Shown here: in pieces, positions 1 through 12,107 of the stretch
Layout of the letters: each line of letters opens with the position of its first letter
Position numbering within the stretch: the stretch's first letter is position 1
Assembly (NCBI GenBank): GCA_963699835.1
Contig: CAVOVJ010000012.1
Span: 33,744 to 97,743 of the forward strand
DNA: 64,000 nt
Source of the DNA: an uncultured Gammaproteobacteria bacterium
GTDB taxonomy: Bacteria; Pseudomonadota; Gammaproteobacteria; Steroidobacterales; BM003
Reading direction: 5' to 3'
Notes under the pieces: model-generated
Told to the model about the DNA's origin: nothing
Databases searched by the model: none
Seen by the model: only the letters and a program-made list of their open reading frames with translations
Position numbers and translations under genes: made by a program

Positions 1-812
1 AGTTTGGCGACTTCGTCAACGGTGCTCAGGTGGTGATCGATCAGTTCATCAGTTCGGGCGAAGCGAAGTGGGGGCGCTTGTGCGGCCTGACCCTGCTGCT
101 GCCGCACGGCTACGAAGGCCAGGGTCCGGAGCATTCATCTGCCAGGCTCGAGCGCTTTTTGCAGTTGTGCGCGGAGCACAACATGCAGGTTTGCGTTCCG
201 TCCAACCCAGCCCAGATGTTTCACATGCTGCGCCGGCAGATGTTGCGCGACGCGCGCAAGCCGCTGATCGTCATGACACCAAAGAGCCTGTTGCGTCACC
301 GCTTGTCGGTTTCGGCGCTGGCGGAGCTGTCTGAGGGGCAGTTCCAGACCGTGATTCCGGAAAGCGAGACCCTCGATGCGGGCAAAGTTCGCCGGGTCGT
401 TTTTTGCAGCGGCAAGGTCTTCTACGATCTGCTCGAGTCGCGTTCGACGCATTCGATCGACGATGTGGCGATAGTCCGTGTCGAGCAGCTCTACCCGTTT
501 CCCAGCGACGAGTACGCTGCGGAGATCGGCCGCTACGCTAATGCCACGGAGATCGTCTGGTGCCAGGAAGAGCCGGAAAACCAGGGCGCCTGGTACCAGA
601 TCAGGCACCGGTTGCATGAGGCTTTACAGCCCGGCCACGAGCTCCTGTATGCGGGGCGAGCCGGGGCGGCGGCGCCGGCATCCGGAATCTACCGCATGCA
701 TGTTCAACAACAACAGGCGCTGGTCAAGGAGGCGCTCGGTATCGCCGCGGACGTCACGGCCGGCGGAGACACCGATGCCAGTAACAGCGTCAGTCTTAGG
801 AAGAAAGCATGA
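1..812 (+). CDS. sucA: 2-oxoglutarate dehydrogenase E1 component, C-terminal ~270 aa (5' end is upstream of the window)
   Basis: Frame open from base 3. [25 protein letters not shown]...[26 protein letters not shown] is the conserved SucA C-terminal region. Overlaps sucB by 4 nt, followed by lpdA. Confidence 0.95.
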   Translation, partial: FGDFVNGAQVVIDQFISSGEAKWGRLCGLTLLLPHGYEGQGPEHSSARLERFLQLCAEHNMQVCVPSNPAQMFHMLRRQMLRDARKPLIVMTPKSLLRHRLSVSALAELSEGQFQTVIPESETLDAGKVRRVVFCSGKVFYDLLESRSTHSIDDVAIVRVEQLYPFPSDEYAAEIGRYANATEIVWCQEEPENQGAWYQIRHRLHEALQPGHELLYAGRAGAAAPASGIYRMHVQQQQALVKEALGIAADVTAGGDTDASNSVSLRKKA

Positions 813-2014
813 CCATAGAAGTCAAAGTACCGCAACTGCCGGAATCGGTGGCCGACGCCACTCTCGTTGCCTGGCATAAAGCCGCCGGTGATCCAGTCAA
901 GCGTGACGAGAATCTCGTCGATCTCGAGACCGACAAGGTCGTCCTCGAGGTGCCGGCCCCGGCCAACGGCGTACTGAAGGAAATCCGCATTGCTGATGGC
1001 ACCACGGTAACGAGTGGTGAAATCCTCGCGATTCTCGAAGAGGGCGATGCCGCGGCGGCGGCGCCGCCCGCGCAAGCCGGCGAGCAGGAGCCTGCCGAGG
1101 AGAAGGCCGAGCAGAGCGAACCGGTTGCGGAAAGCGCCGGCAGGGCGGCCGCGAAACTCAGCCCGTCGGTTCGACGCCTGGTCGAAGAGCATGATCTCGA
1201 TGCAGAGGCGATTCCCGGTTCCGCGCGCGACGGCCGTCTGACCAAGGCCGATGTGAACAAGTACATTGCCGAGCGTGGCAGCGTGGCGCAGAGCATTGCC
1301 CTGCCCGAGACCGGGCGCGGAGAAAAACGGGTACCGATGACCCGCCTGCGCGCGCGCATTGCGGAGCGCCTGGTCGAAGTGCAGCAGTCGGCGGCAATGT
1401 TGACCACGTTCAACGAGGTCGATCTCAGCGAAGTAATGGCGTTGCGCAAACGCTACCGCGATCAGTTCGAAAAGAACTATGGTGTGCGCCTCGGTTTCAT
1501 GTCGTTTTTCGTAAAAGCCGCGGTCCAGGCGCTGCGCCGGTTCCCTGCCGTGAACGCGTACGTAGACGGCAACGAGATCGTGTACCACGATTTCTTCGAT
1601 ATCGGCATCGCGGTCTCGACCGAGCGTGGCCTGGTCGTGCCGGTATTGCGCGATGCTGACTCACTCGGTTTTGCCGAGATCGAGCAGGGTATCGGTGATT
1701 TTGCCGGACGCGCCCGCGACGGCGCACTGACGATCGAGGAGATGACCGGCGGTACCTTTACGATTACCAACGGCGGGGTTTTTGGCTCATTGCTCTCGAC
1801 GCCAATTATCAATCCGCCGCAGAGCGCGATTCTTGGCATGCACAAGATCCAGGAGCGGCCGATGGTGGTCGACGGCGAGATCCTGGTCCGGCCGATGATG
1901 TACCTGGCGTTGACCTATGATCACCGCATCATCGACGGACGCGAGTCCGTGCAGTTCCTGGTGACGATCAAAGAGGCGTTGGAAGACCCGGCGCGTCTGT
2001 TACTCCAGATCTGA
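809..2014 (+). CDS. sucB: dihydrolipoyllysine-residue succinyltransferase (E2 of 2-oxoglutarate dehydrogenase)
   Basis: Lipoyl domain ([15 protein letters not shown]), Ala/Pro/Glu linker, E3-binding segment ([15 protein letters not shown]), catalytic domain with YDHRIIDG. Confidence 0.95.
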   Translation: MTIEVKVPQLPESVADATLVAWHKAAGDPVKRDENLVDLETDKVVLEVPAPANGVLKEIRIADGTTVTSGEILAILEEGDAAAAAPPAQAGEQEPAEEKAEQSEPVAESAGRAAAKLSPSVRRLVEEHDLDAEAIPGSARDGRLTKADVNKYIAERGSVAQSIALPETGRGEKRVPMTRLRARIAERLVEVQQSAAMLTTFNEVDLSEVMALRKRYRDQFEKNYGVRLGFMSFFVKAAVQALRRFPAVNAYVDGNEIVYHDFFDIGIAVSTERGLVVPVLRDADSLGFAEIEQGIGDFAGRARDGALTIEEMTGGTFTITNGGVFGSLLSTPIINPPQSAILGMHKIQERPMVVDGEILVRPMMYLALTYDHRIIDGRESVQFLVTIKEALEDPARLLLQI

Positions 2015-3523
<1,509 letters not shown>

Positions 3524-3539
3524 ACGCCCGGGTCGCCGC

Positions 3540-5726
3540 CTACATTTTGCGTTGCGCGCTGATGACGTTTGGCAACGTCGTCAGCCGATGCAGAATCTGG
3601 CTAAGTTCGTCGAGTCCGCGCACGTTGATCGTCAGGTGGATGTCCGCCGTATTGTGAGCGGGAAACGTTTCCAGTTTCAATTCCTGGATTGATATCCTCG
3701 CGTCGGCGAAAACGGCGGTCACGTCGCGTGTCAGGCCTTGCCTGTCATACGCCTCCACCCGGATTTCGACCTGGTGACCGGCATCGTCACCGGCCTCGTT
3801 CCATGTCACCTGCAACACCCGCTCGCGATGATTTTCCCGCAGGCGCAGCAGGTTGCGGCATTGTTTGCGGTGGATCGTGACGCCGCGCCCCTGGGTGATA
3901 TACCCGGCAATCGGTTCCGGCGGGACCGGATGACAGCAACGTGCGAAATTCGACATCAGGTCACCGATGCCATCGACCGCAACTGCACTGCGATTGCGTG
4001 GGGCGGGTCTGGCTCCGCGCCCGCTCGAGCGCCGCGATCGCTCGCCGCTATCGGGGTGTTGCTGGGCGGCCGCCTGGGTTACTGCCGCAAGACTGATGTC
4101 GCCGCACCCAAGACCGACGTGGAGCTCGTCGACGTTGCCGACCTTCAGTGCCTTTAACAAAACCGGCATTTTCAGATCGCGCAGGCCAAGCCTTCCCAGT
4201 TCGCGCTCCAGCGTGATCCGGCCATGGCGGCGGTTCTGATCCTGGTCCTCACGGCGGAACCAGGCCCGCACCTTGGCCCGGCTGCGCGGTGATGCAAGAT
4301 ATCCGCGTTGCGGGATAAGCCAGTCGCGGCTCGGATGCCCGTTTTTGGCGGTAATGATCTCGACCTGCTCCCCGGTGGCCAGCACGTGGGTCAGCGCCAC
4401 CATCCTGCCATTGACCTTGGCGCCGCGGCAATGATGTCCGACTTCGGTATGCACGTGATAGGCGAAATCCAGCGGGGTGGCACCTTGCGGCAGGTCGACG
4501 ACATCGCCGCGCGGGCTGATGACATAGACACGATCCTCGAAAATCTCCGCGCGGACACGGTCGATGAAATCCTCGGCGGTATCGTGATGCGAATCCGGCA
4601 CCAGTAATTGCCGTAGCCAGTTGATTTTTTCGTCGAAGGCGCGGTGACCGCGGCCGCCTTCCTTGTAGCGCCAGTGGGCGGCAACGCCGAGTTCGGAATG
4701 TTCGTGCATTTCGTGGCTGCGGATCTGCACCTCGAGTGCCTGTCCGCCCGGACCGATCACGGCGGTATGGATCGAGCGGTATCCGTTTTCCTTGGGCGTG
4801 GCCACGTAGTCATCGAACTCTCCGGGAATGTACTGCCAGAGGCTATGAACGACACCGAGGGCGGCGTAGCAGTCGGCCACTGAATCCACCAGTATTCGAA
4901 CCGCCCTGATGTCGAACAGCTCGTCGAAATCCACCTGTTTGCGCTGCATCTTGCGCCAGATGCTGAATATGTGCTTCGGTCGGCCGCTGATTTCGGCGGC
5001 GATCCCCTCGGCGGCGAGCTTGTCCGAGAGCGTATGGTTGATCGCGAGTATGAAGCGCTCCCGGTCGCTGCGGCGTTGCCGCAAGGCTCCCGCGATGCGC
5101 CGATAGGTTGCGGGCTCGAGGTAGCGAAATGCCAGGTCTTCGAGTTCCCATTTCAATTGCCAGATACCGAGGCGGTTGGCCAGCGGAGCAAAGACCTCCT
5201 GGGTTTCGCGTGCCGCCGCACGCTTGTCCGCGGCGCGGGCGTTTTTCAGTCGCCGCATGCTGTCGAGCTGCTCGGCCAGCCGCACCAGCACCAGTCGCAC
5301 GTCGCTCGCGATAGCCAGGAGCATTTGCCGAACGCTCTCCGCCTGGTCGCGCGAAAGGGTCGAATCGGGATTCCAGTTCTGCGGAAGGTGAAAATCACCG
5401 AGTGAGACGAGCCCGTCGACCAGCGCCTTCATCTCGGCACCGAAGGTCGCGGCTATCCGGTCGCTGTCCAGCACCCCAGCGTGGACCAGCGGGAATATCA
5501 GGGTGGCGCTGACGAGGTCGTGATCGCCGTGCAAACCGCGAACCAGATCCGCGATGGATTCGCCGCGGTCGCGGGCCGCCACGCTGCGCTCGTCCGCGTC
5601 TGCGCCGATTGCGTCGTCGAGCCATTCCCGCACCTGCTCGAGCGATGCGCCGGACGGGACCGGTGTTGCGCTTTGGTTTGTATCGACTGCTGTTGCCAAG
5701 AGATAGCCTGAGGATGTGCTGGCCAC
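3540..5726 (-). CDS. relA: (p)ppGpp synthetase, RelA/SpoT family (RelA-like)
   Basis: 728 aa. Synthetase motifs YRSIHTAV and EVQIRSHEMH, TGS region, C-terminal ACT-like domain. No clear HD hydrolase motif seen by eye, so RelA rather than SpoT (tentative). Confidence 0.9.
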   Translation of the reverse strand: MASTSSGYLLATAVDTNQSATPVPSGASLEQVREWLDDAIGADADERSVAARDRGESIADLVRGLHGDHDLVSATLIFPLVHAGVLDSDRIAATFGAEMKALVDGLVSLGDFHLPQNWNPDSTLSRDQAESVRQMLLAIASDVRLVLVRLAEQLDSMRRLKNARAADKRAAARETQEVFAPLANRLGIWQLKWELEDLAFRYLEPATYRRIAGALRQRRSDRERFILAINHTLSDKLAAEGIAAEISGRPKHIFSIWRKMQRKQVDFDELFDIRAVRILVDSVADCYAALGVVHSLWQYIPGEFDDYVATPKENGYRSIHTAVIGPGGQALEVQIRSHEMHEHSELGVAAHWRYKEGGRGHRAFDEKINWLRQLLVPDSHHDTAEDFIDRVRAEIFEDRVYVISPRGDVVDLPQGATPLDFAYHVHTEVGHHCRGAKVNGRMVALTHVLATGEQVEIITAKNGHPSRDWLIPQRGYLASPRSRAKVRAWFRREDQDQNRRHGRITLERELGRLGLRDLKMPVLLKALKVGNVDELHVGLGCGDISLAAVTQAAAQQHPDSGERSRRSSGRGARPAPRNRSAVAVDGIGDLMSNFARCCHPVPPEPIAGYITQGRGVTIHRKQCRNLLRLRENHRERVLQVTWNEAGDDAGHQVEIRVEAYDRQGLTRDVTAVFADARISIQELKLETFPAHNTADIHLTINVRGLDELSQILHRLTTLPNVISAQRKM

Positions 5727-5800
5727 CGATAGCCGTTATCATACGCCGTTTCTGGGGGCCATGGGTCTGGCCTTCTGCGAGGTTCTTCGAGGAGCAATAA

Positions 5801-6367
5801 ATGTTTCGGATCTGCAGTGTGTTGGCACTGTTGCTCGTGTCGTTCGCGCGCCCGGTTGGCGCGGAAAGTCCGGCATTGGACGTCAGTTTCAACGCGGATG
5901 TTTTCAAGGTAGCCTTCGGTTTCCCGGTTTTTGACAGGGCCGCGCTCGAGACCAGCTGGTTGCACAGCGACGAAGATGGCGAACTGGTCGGTCTCGCCAT
6001 TTTCCGCACGGGAATTGCATCCCCGGGCACTAATCCGGTGAAGGCCGGCCTCGGCGCCAAGGTGGTTTACGGGGATCCGGACAAGGGCGGCAGCAGCGGC
6101 GGTTCGTTCGCGCTGGGTGGCTACTTTCGATGGGTCTTTCCGAATTACGACCGGATCGGTATCGGCGGTGAACTGTATTACGCGCCCGGCGTGCTCTCGT
6201 TCAGTGACACCGATACCTACGACGAGGAGAGCCTCTATATCAGTTACGACATTATGCAGGACGCCTGGGTTTACCTCGGGGTCCGGCATGTGCAAATGAA
6301 ATTCGAGGGTGACCCCGATGTGACTTTCGATACCGGCGTGCATCTGGGCGTACGGCTGAGTTTTTGA
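5801..6367 (+). CDS. small secreted protein, probable outer-membrane beta-barrel (YfaZ-like?)
   Basis: Signal peptide [23 protein letters not shown], alternating Gly/aromatic-rich strands, ends ...HLGVRLSF (aromatic terminus). Confidence 0.5.
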   Translation: MFRICSVLALLLVSFARPVGAESPALDVSFNADVFKVAFGFPVFDRAALETSWLHSDEDGELVGLAIFRTGIASPGTNPVKAGLGAKVVYGDPDKGGSSGGSFALGGYFRWVFPNYDRIGIGGELYYAPGVLSFSDTDTYDEESLYISYDIMQDAWVYLGVRHVQMKFEGDPDVTFDTGVHLGVRLSF

Positions 6368-6404
6368 TTCAAGTAGCAACGACTGGGAAATACGGACTGA
6401 ACGC

Positions 6405-7148
6405 ATGGCAGGTCATAGCAAGTGGGCCAATATCCAGCACCGGAAGGGTGCTCAGGACAAGAAACGCGGCAAACTCTTTACCAAATTGGCGCGCGAAATC
6501 ACCGTCGCTGCGCGGATGGGCGGCGGCGATCCGGGCTTTAATCCGCGTTTACGCCTGGCCGTGGACAAGGCCAAGGCGCAGAGCATGCCCAAGGATAATA
6601 TCGAGCGCGCGATAAATAGGGGTACCGGCGATCTCGAGGGCGCCGAGTATGTTGAAATTCGCTACGAGGGCTATGGACCCGGCGGCGTTGCAGTCATGGT
6701 GGACTGCGTCACCGACAACCGTAACCGCACGGTGGCGGAAGTCAGGCATGCGTTCTCCAAGTTCGGTGGAAATCTGGGCGCGGACGGGTCGGTCGGTTAC
6801 CTGTTCAGCCATGTCGGTTTGCTCGGTTTCGATGCAGGTGTCGATGAGGAGGCGCTGATGGAGGCTGCGCTGGAAGCGGGCGCGGAGGACATTATTACCG
6901 GCGCGGACGGCTCGGTCGAGGTGATTACCGATCCGCAGGAGTTCGAAGACGTGCGCGACAAGATTCATGCCGCCGGCTTTCGGACGGAAGTCGAGGAGGT
7001 CACCCAGCGGGCGTCGACTTCCGCCGTTCTCGGCGAAGGCGAAGCGCAATCGATGATCAAACTGCTCGAGATGCTCGAGGATCTCGACGATGTGCAAAAT
7101 GTCTATTCGAATGCCGATATCCCGGACGAAATCCTTGCAGCGCTTTGA
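6405..7148 (+). CDS. yebC: YebC/PmpR family DNA-binding transcriptional regulator
   Basis: [37 protein letters not shown] is the hallmark YebC N-terminus. 247 aa. Sits upstream of ruvCAB as usual. Confidence 0.95.
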   Translation: MAGHSKWANIQHRKGAQDKKRGKLFTKLAREITVAARMGGGDPGFNPRLRLAVDKAKAQSMPKDNIERAINRGTGDLEGAEYVEIRYEGYGPGGVAVMVDCVTDNRNRTVAEVRHAFSKFGGNLGADGSVGYLFSHVGLLGFDAGVDEEALMEAALEAGAEDIITGADGSVEVITDPQEFEDVRDKIHAAGFRTEVEEVTQRASTSAVLGEGEAQSMIKLLEMLEDLDDVQNVYSNADIPDEILAAL

Positions 7149-7196
7149 GCTGTTGCGCTCGCTGTCTGCGGCCGGGCGAAGCGATCCGGCTCACTG

Positions 7197-7736
7197 ATGG
7201 TTGCCGGCGTCAGAATTCTGGGCATCGACCCGGGTTCGCGAATAACCGGTTGGGGGGTCATCGATGTTGCGGGCCAGAGGATGACCCATGTCGGGAGCGG
7301 CCAGATTCGCACCAATGGAACTGACTTCCCGGCGCGGCTCGAACAGATCTTTGACCGAACGCGGGAGATCATGGATGAGTTCCAACCTGAGGAAGTGGCA
7401 ATCGAGCGGGTATTTATGCATCGCAATGCCGACAGCGCGTTAAAACTGGGGCATGCGCGGGCGGCTGCATTATGCGCGACGTTTGCGCGGCGAGCAGGTA
7501 TTCACGAGTATGCCGCGCGCGAGGTCAAGCTCGCAGTGGTTGGCACCGGTGCGGCTGAGAAAACGCAGGTGCAGCACATGGTAGGGGCGTTGCTGTCGAT
7601 ACGCGGAGCGATCCAGGCCGACAGCGCCGACGCGCTGGCCGTTGCGATCTGTCATGCCAATCACCGTCGTACCCGGACGCTCGTAGCGCAGAGCCCGGGC
7701 AATGATCGGTTTTATAAGAGGCCGGCTCGCAAGTAA
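7197..7736 (+). CDS. ruvC: crossover junction endodeoxyribonuclease RuvC
   Basis: [17 protein letters not shown] (catalytic Asp) and ...[11 protein letters not shown]. 179 aa. Overlaps ruvA by 35 nt. Confidence 0.95.
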   Translation: MVAGVRILGIDPGSRITGWGVIDVAGQRMTHVGSGQIRTNGTDFPARLEQIFDRTREIMDEFQPEEVAIERVFMHRNADSALKLGHARAAALCATFARRAGIHEYAAREVKLAVVGTGAAEKTQVQHMVGALLSIRGAIQADSADALAVAICHANHRRTRTLVAQSPGNDRFYKRPARK

Positions 7737-8302
7737 GCAACCACCTTTGCTGGTCGTGGATGTAAACGGTATCGGCTACGAAATCGAGGCGCCGATGTCG
7801 ACTTTTTACGTGCTGCCGGGCGTTGGCGCGAGAGATCACGCTGGTGACGCATCTGCTGGTGCGGGAAGACGCCCAGATTCTGTTCGGGTTCTCGACCGAG
7901 GCGGAACGGCGCCTGTTTCGTGATCTGATCCGTATCTCGGGGGTTGGCGCAAAAATGGCGCTGGCGATCCTGTCGGGCATCAGCGTCGAAGGTTTCGTGC
8001 GGTGCGTGCATAGCGAAGACACCGCCATGTTGATTAAAGTGCCCGGTGTCGGCAAGAAAACCGCGGAACGGCTGATCGTTGAAATGCGTGATCGTATCGA
8101 CAAGGGTGCGGTCACGATACCGTCGGGTGCCCCGGCCGGGACCGAAACCGGACCGGCGCCGGCGACCGAGGCGCAGAACGCACTGGTTGCGCTGGGTTAT
8201 CGTCCGGCGGAGGCGCTGCGGCTGCTGGCCGCAGTCGATACGCGGGAACTGGAGACCGAGGAAATCATTCGCCGTGCATTGCAAAATATTGCGCCGCGCT
8301 GA
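7702..8302 (+). pseudogene. ruvA: Holliday junction helicase subunit RuvA, frame broken by one extra base near 7826 (true lesion or sequence error)
   Basis: N-terminus [42 protein letters not shown] is in frame 1. The rest ([21 protein letters not shown]...GVGAKMALAILSG...GVGKKTAERLIVEM) is in frame 2. Span is 601 nt = 3n+1. Confidence 0.85.
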
Positions 8303-8403
8303 CCGCGGCGATCTGGCAGCGTTGCGGCCGCAGACGGACACGTTTCGGCATTCCATGCACACATTTTTGTCGTTGACTGAGCGCGGCAGGGACCGGATAC
8401 AAG

Positions 8404-9459
8404 ATGCCTGATCAGGATCGAATCATTTCCGCCGCCGAATCCGGCGAGGAGGCCGAGTTCGATCGCGCCATCCGGCCGCGCGTCCTGACTGAGTATATCG
8501 GTCAGGCCTCGGTCAAGGAGCAGCTTGAAATATTTATTCAGGCTGCGCGCCAACGCGGAGATTCGCTCGACCACGTGCTAATTTTCGGGCCACCCGGGCT
8601 GGGAAAGACCACGTTGGCTCACATCATTGCCAATGAAATGGGGGTCAATCTCAGGCATACCTCGGGGCCGGTACTGGAGCGGGCCGGTGACCTGGCCGCG
8701 TTGCTGACCAACCTCGAGCCGCATGATGTGCTGTTCGTCGATGAGATCCATCGTCTGAGCCCGGTAGTGGAGGAGGTGTTGTACCCGGCGATGGAGGATT
8801 TCCAGCTCGATATCATGATTGGCGAGGGACCGGCGGCGAGGTCGATCAAGCTCGACTTGCCGCCATTCACGCTGGTAGGCGCGACCACGCGGGCGGGGTT
8901 GCTCACATCGCCGTTGCGTGATCGCTTTGGCATCGTGCAGCGACTGGAGTTTTACAGTGACCAGGAGCTTGGCGGTATCGTACGCCGTTCCGCGGGCATA
9001 CTCGCGCTCGAGGTGGAGCCTGACGGCGCCGCGCAGATTGCGGCGCGCTCGCGCGGTACTCCGCGAATCGCCAATCGTCTGTTACGCCGGGTGCGCGATT
9101 ATGCGCAGGTCAGGGCCACGGGCGAGGTCACTGCAGTCGTCGCGGAAAAAGCACTCGATATGCTCGATGTCGACGCCCGCGGCTTCGACGTGCTCGACCG
9201 AAAACTTCTGCTTACCATCATCGAGAAATTCGACGGTGGTCCGGTCGGTGTAGATAGCCTGGCCGCGGCGATCGGAGAGGAGCGGGATACGATCGAGGAT
9301 GTCATCGAGCCTTTCCTTATTCAGCAGGGTTTCCTTATGCGAACCGCGCGCGGCCGGGTCGCTACCCGCAATGCTTTCCTGCACTTCGGACTGCCCACCC
9401 CGCAGGGTGATAACCCGGCAAGTTCGCTCGAGTTGTTCGAACAGGACGATGAGTCCTGA
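8404..9459 (+). CDS. ruvB: Holliday junction DNA helicase RuvB
   Basis: AAA+ Walker [34 protein letters not shown]. 351 aa. Confidence 0.97.
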   Translation: MPDQDRIISAAESGEEAEFDRAIRPRVLTEYIGQASVKEQLEIFIQAARQRGDSLDHVLIFGPPGLGKTTLAHIIANEMGVNLRHTSGPVLERAGDLAALLTNLEPHDVLFVDEIHRLSPVVEEVLYPAMEDFQLDIMIGEGPAARSIKLDLPPFTLVGATTRAGLLTSPLRDRFGIVQRLEFYSDQELGGIVRRSAGILALEVEPDGAAQIAARSRGTPRIANRLLRRVRDYAQVRATGEVTAVVAEKALDMLDVDARGFDVLDRKLLLTIIEKFDGGPVGVDSLAAAIGEERDTIEDVIEPFLIQQGFLMRTARGRVATRNAFLHFGLPTPQGDNPASSLELFEQDDES

Positions 9460-9553
9460 GTCGGGAGCGCCGGTCGGCGCCGGCGACAAACGGCGGCAGT
9501 ATCCGGCGACTGTTACAGCACGAGTCCGGCACGCGGACAAACGGGGCGCATAA

Positions 9554-9961
9554 GTGAACGAATCGTTTCGTCTTTCGGTCAGAGTTTACTGGGAGGATAC
9601 CGACGGAGGCGGGGTCGTCTACTACGCCAACTATCTCAAGTATCTCGAAAGAGCGCGCAGCGAATTTCTGCGCAGCTGCGGGTTTGAACAATCTGTATTA
9701 CAGCGAGAGCAGAACCTGGTGTTTGCGGTAGTGTCGGCACAGATCGACTATCTGCAACCGGCGCGACTTGACGATGAACTGACGATATCGGCGCGGGTCC
9801 GCGATGCGAGCCGGGCCAGTCTCGTGTTTGCACAGGCGATTTACCGTGCCGGCCCGGACGATTCGCGGTTGTGCCGGGCTCAAGTGAGGGTTGCCTGCCT
9901 GGATGCAAGTACTTTCCGGCCGCGCCGTATACCCGTGGCCATCCTCGAGGAGCTGCACTAG
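9554..9961 (+). CDS. ybgC: tol-pal associated acyl-CoA thioesterase (4HBT family)
   Basis: GTG start. VRVYWEDTDGGGVVYYANYLKYLERAR hot-dog fold motif. Immediately precedes tolQ. Confidence 0.85.
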   Translation: MNESFRLSVRVYWEDTDGGGVVYYANYLKYLERARSEFLRSCGFEQSVLQREQNLVFAVVSAQIDYLQPARLDDELTISARVRDASRASLVFAQAIYRAGPDDSRLCRAQVRVACLDASTFRPRRIPVAILEELH

Positions 9962-10648
9962 ATGCAAGGTGATATTTCAATTCTGGGTCTGATTCTGCAA
10001 GCCGGCGTGGTGGTGCAGTTCGTGATGTTCTTGTTGCTGCTGGCCTCGATTGCGTCGTGGGCCATTATCTTCCGCAAGCGTTCGTTGATCGGCAAGGCGA
10101 GGTCGACGGCCAACGATTTCGAGCGTGGTTTCTGGTCAGGCGGCGATCTTGGTGAGATGTATCAGCGTGTCGCGTCCGCGCCGGGCGAGGCGCAGGGCAT
10201 GGCCGGGATTTTCGAGGCCGGCTTCCGTGAGTTCGGTCGGCTGCGCCAGCAAGCCGGCTTGCCCTCCGACCAGGTGCTGGAAGGTTCACGGCGGGCGATG
10301 ATGGTGTCGCAGCGGCGCGAGATGGACCGACTCGAAGACAACCTCGCCTGGCTGGCGACGATTGGTTCCACCAGCCCCTATGTCGGGCTGTTCGGTACTG
10401 TATGGGGAATCATGAACTCGTTTACCGCGCTGGGAAACGTCCAGTACGCGACGTTGTCGCAGGTTGCGCCGGGTATCGCCGAGGCTCTGATTGCGACCGC
10501 AATGGGGCTGTTTGCGGCCATTCCCGCAGTGATAGCGTACAACCGTTATGCCGATCAGGTCGGCCGTCTCGAGAGTCGCTATGACACGTTCATGGAGGAA
10601 TTCTCCAGCATACTGCAACGCTATGCGCCGGGCGGCGGCGGGGACTGA
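9962..10648 (+). CDS. tolQ: Tol-Pal system protein TolQ
   Basis: MotA/TolQ/ExbB family, three TM segments, conserved ...SPYVGLFGTVWGIMNSF...IAEALIATAMGL. Confidence 0.95.
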   Translation: MQGDISILGLILQAGVVVQFVMFLLLLASIASWAIIFRKRSLIGKARSTANDFERGFWSGGDLGEMYQRVASAPGEAQGMAGIFEAGFREFGRLRQQAGLPSDQVLEGSRRAMMVSQRREMDRLEDNLAWLATIGSTSPYVGLFGTVWGIMNSFTALGNVQYATLSQVAPGIAEALIATAMGLFAAIPAVIAYNRYADQVGRLESRYDTFMEEFSSILQRYAPGGGGD

Positions 10649-10654
10649 GCGACT

Positions 10655-11098
10655 ATGGCTACGCCTTACAACAAACGACGACTGATGGGTGAAATCAACG
10701 TCGTGCCTTATATCGACGTGATGCTGGTCCTGCTGATCATTTTCATGGTGACCGCGCCGCTGCTGACCCAGGGGATCGACGTCGACTTGCCAAAAGTCGG
10801 CGCGGATCCGATCGAAACGCCGGATCGCGAGCCACTGGTGCTGACCGTCGATGCAGCCGGTTCGCTATATCTGAACGTGGGCAGCGACGAGGACGAGCCG
10901 GTCGACGCGGCGACGGTGGTGGCGCGGACTGCCGCAGTGTTGCAACGAGCGAGCGACACGCCGGTACTGGTCAAGGCGGACCAGGCCGTTGCGCACGGCG
11001 TAGTCGTCGCCGCGATGCGGCTGTTGCAACAGGCCGGTGCGCCCTCGGTGGGCATCATGACCGACCCGGAACAACAAACCGAGGTCGTTCGCGAGTAG
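10655..11098 (+). CDS. tolR: Tol-Pal system protein TolR
   Basis: ExbD/TolR family: INVVPYIDVMLVLLIIFMVTAP with the conserved Asp in the TM segment. Confidence 0.9.
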   Translation: MATPYNKRRLMGEINVVPYIDVMLVLLIIFMVTAPLLTQGIDVDLPKVGADPIETPDREPLVLTVDAAGSLYLNVGSDEDEPVDAATVVARTAAVLQRASDTPVLVKADQAVAHGVVVAAMRLLQQAGAPSVGIMTDPEQQTEVVRE

Positions 11099-11105
11099 CC
11101 GCGCC

Positions 11106-12071
11106 GTGATCGCATACCTGCGTAGCAATGCCGTTCCCCTCGGTCTTTCCGTCGCGCTGCACGGAGTCCTGGTGGTGCTGCTGATTTCCGGTATCGGCCT
11201 GCCGCGCCATATCCCGCCGGCGGTTGTGCCGCCGGTGGTCCAGGCGACTGTGGTCGATCAGGAACGGGTCGAGGAAGAGCTGCGCCAGATCGAAGAGGAG
11301 GAGCAACGCGAACGCGACCGTCGTGATGAGGAACTGCGCCGGCAGCAGAAACAGGCGGAGGATGCCAAACTCAAGCGCGAGCAGGAAGAGCAGCAGCTCG
11401 CCGCTGCACAGAAGGAACGCGAGGAGGCCGAACAGGAGCTGGCGCGGAAACGCGAGGCCGATGCCGCGGCCGAGCGTAAACGCATTGCCGACCTGGCGGC
11501 CAAGCGCGAAGCGGACGAACTTGCCGAGCGCGAGCGCCAGGCGGCGCTGAAAGCGCGCCGCGAAGCCGACGAGCGGGAGCGCAAGCGCAAGGAAGAAGCC
11601 GAGCGCCAGCGTCTGGCGGAGCTGGAGAAAAAACGCAAGGAAGAAGAGGAACGGCTGGCGAAAATCGAGCAGCAACGCAAACAGGAAGAGGCGCGCCGGC
11701 AGCGCGAACTGGAGGCGCAGCGCCAGCGGGAGAGTGAGAGTTTGCTGGCCCAGCAGCTTGCGGAAGAGGAAAAGCGGGTGGCGGCGCAGCGCTCCGGTTT
11801 GCTCGGGCAGTACATGGCGTTGATCCGGCAGAAAGTGGAACGCTCATGGATCAAGCCGCCTTCGGCACAGCCCGGTCTTAAATGTACGGTACAGGTCAGC
11901 CAGATTCCGGGCGGAGAAGTGGTATCGGTGCGGGTAGCGCGCTGCAATGGCGACGATGCGGTAGTGCGGTCGGTCGAGGCGGCCGTCTGGGCGGCGTCGC
12001 CACTGCCGTTACCCGCCGACCCGACTTTATTCGAGCGCAGCCTGTCGCTGGAGTTCGCGCCGACCGAATGA
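11106..12071 (+). CDS. tolA: Tol-Pal system protein TolA
   Basis: GTG start. N-terminal TM anchor, long E/K/R/A-rich helical domain II, TonB-like C-terminal domain. Lies between tolR and tolB. Confidence 0.85.
   Translation: MIAYLRSNAVPLGLSVALHGVLVVLLISGIGLPRHIPPAVVPPVVQATVVDQERVEEELRQIEEEEQRERDRRDEELRRQQKQAEDAKLKREQEEQQLAAAQKEREEAEQELARKREADAAAERKRIADLAAKREADELAERERQAALKARREADERERKRKEEAERQRLAELEKKRKEEEERLAKIEQQRKQEEARRQRELEAQRQRESESLLAQQLAEEEKRVAAQRSGLLGQYMALIRQKVERSWIKPPSAQPGLKCTVQVSQIPGGEVVSVRVARCNGDDAVVRSVEAAVWAASPLPLPADPTLFERSLSLEFAPTE
11270..11760 (+). repeat. low-complexity E/R/K/A-rich coding region (TolA domain II)
   Basis: Reiterated EE(E/Q)R, RKRE, AERQR peptide units. Degenerate, with no exact nucleotide tandem unit. 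Confidence 0.7.
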
Positions 12072-12107
12072 GGAATGCAACGTGAGAATAGAGGGGCACT
12101 GCCTGAA

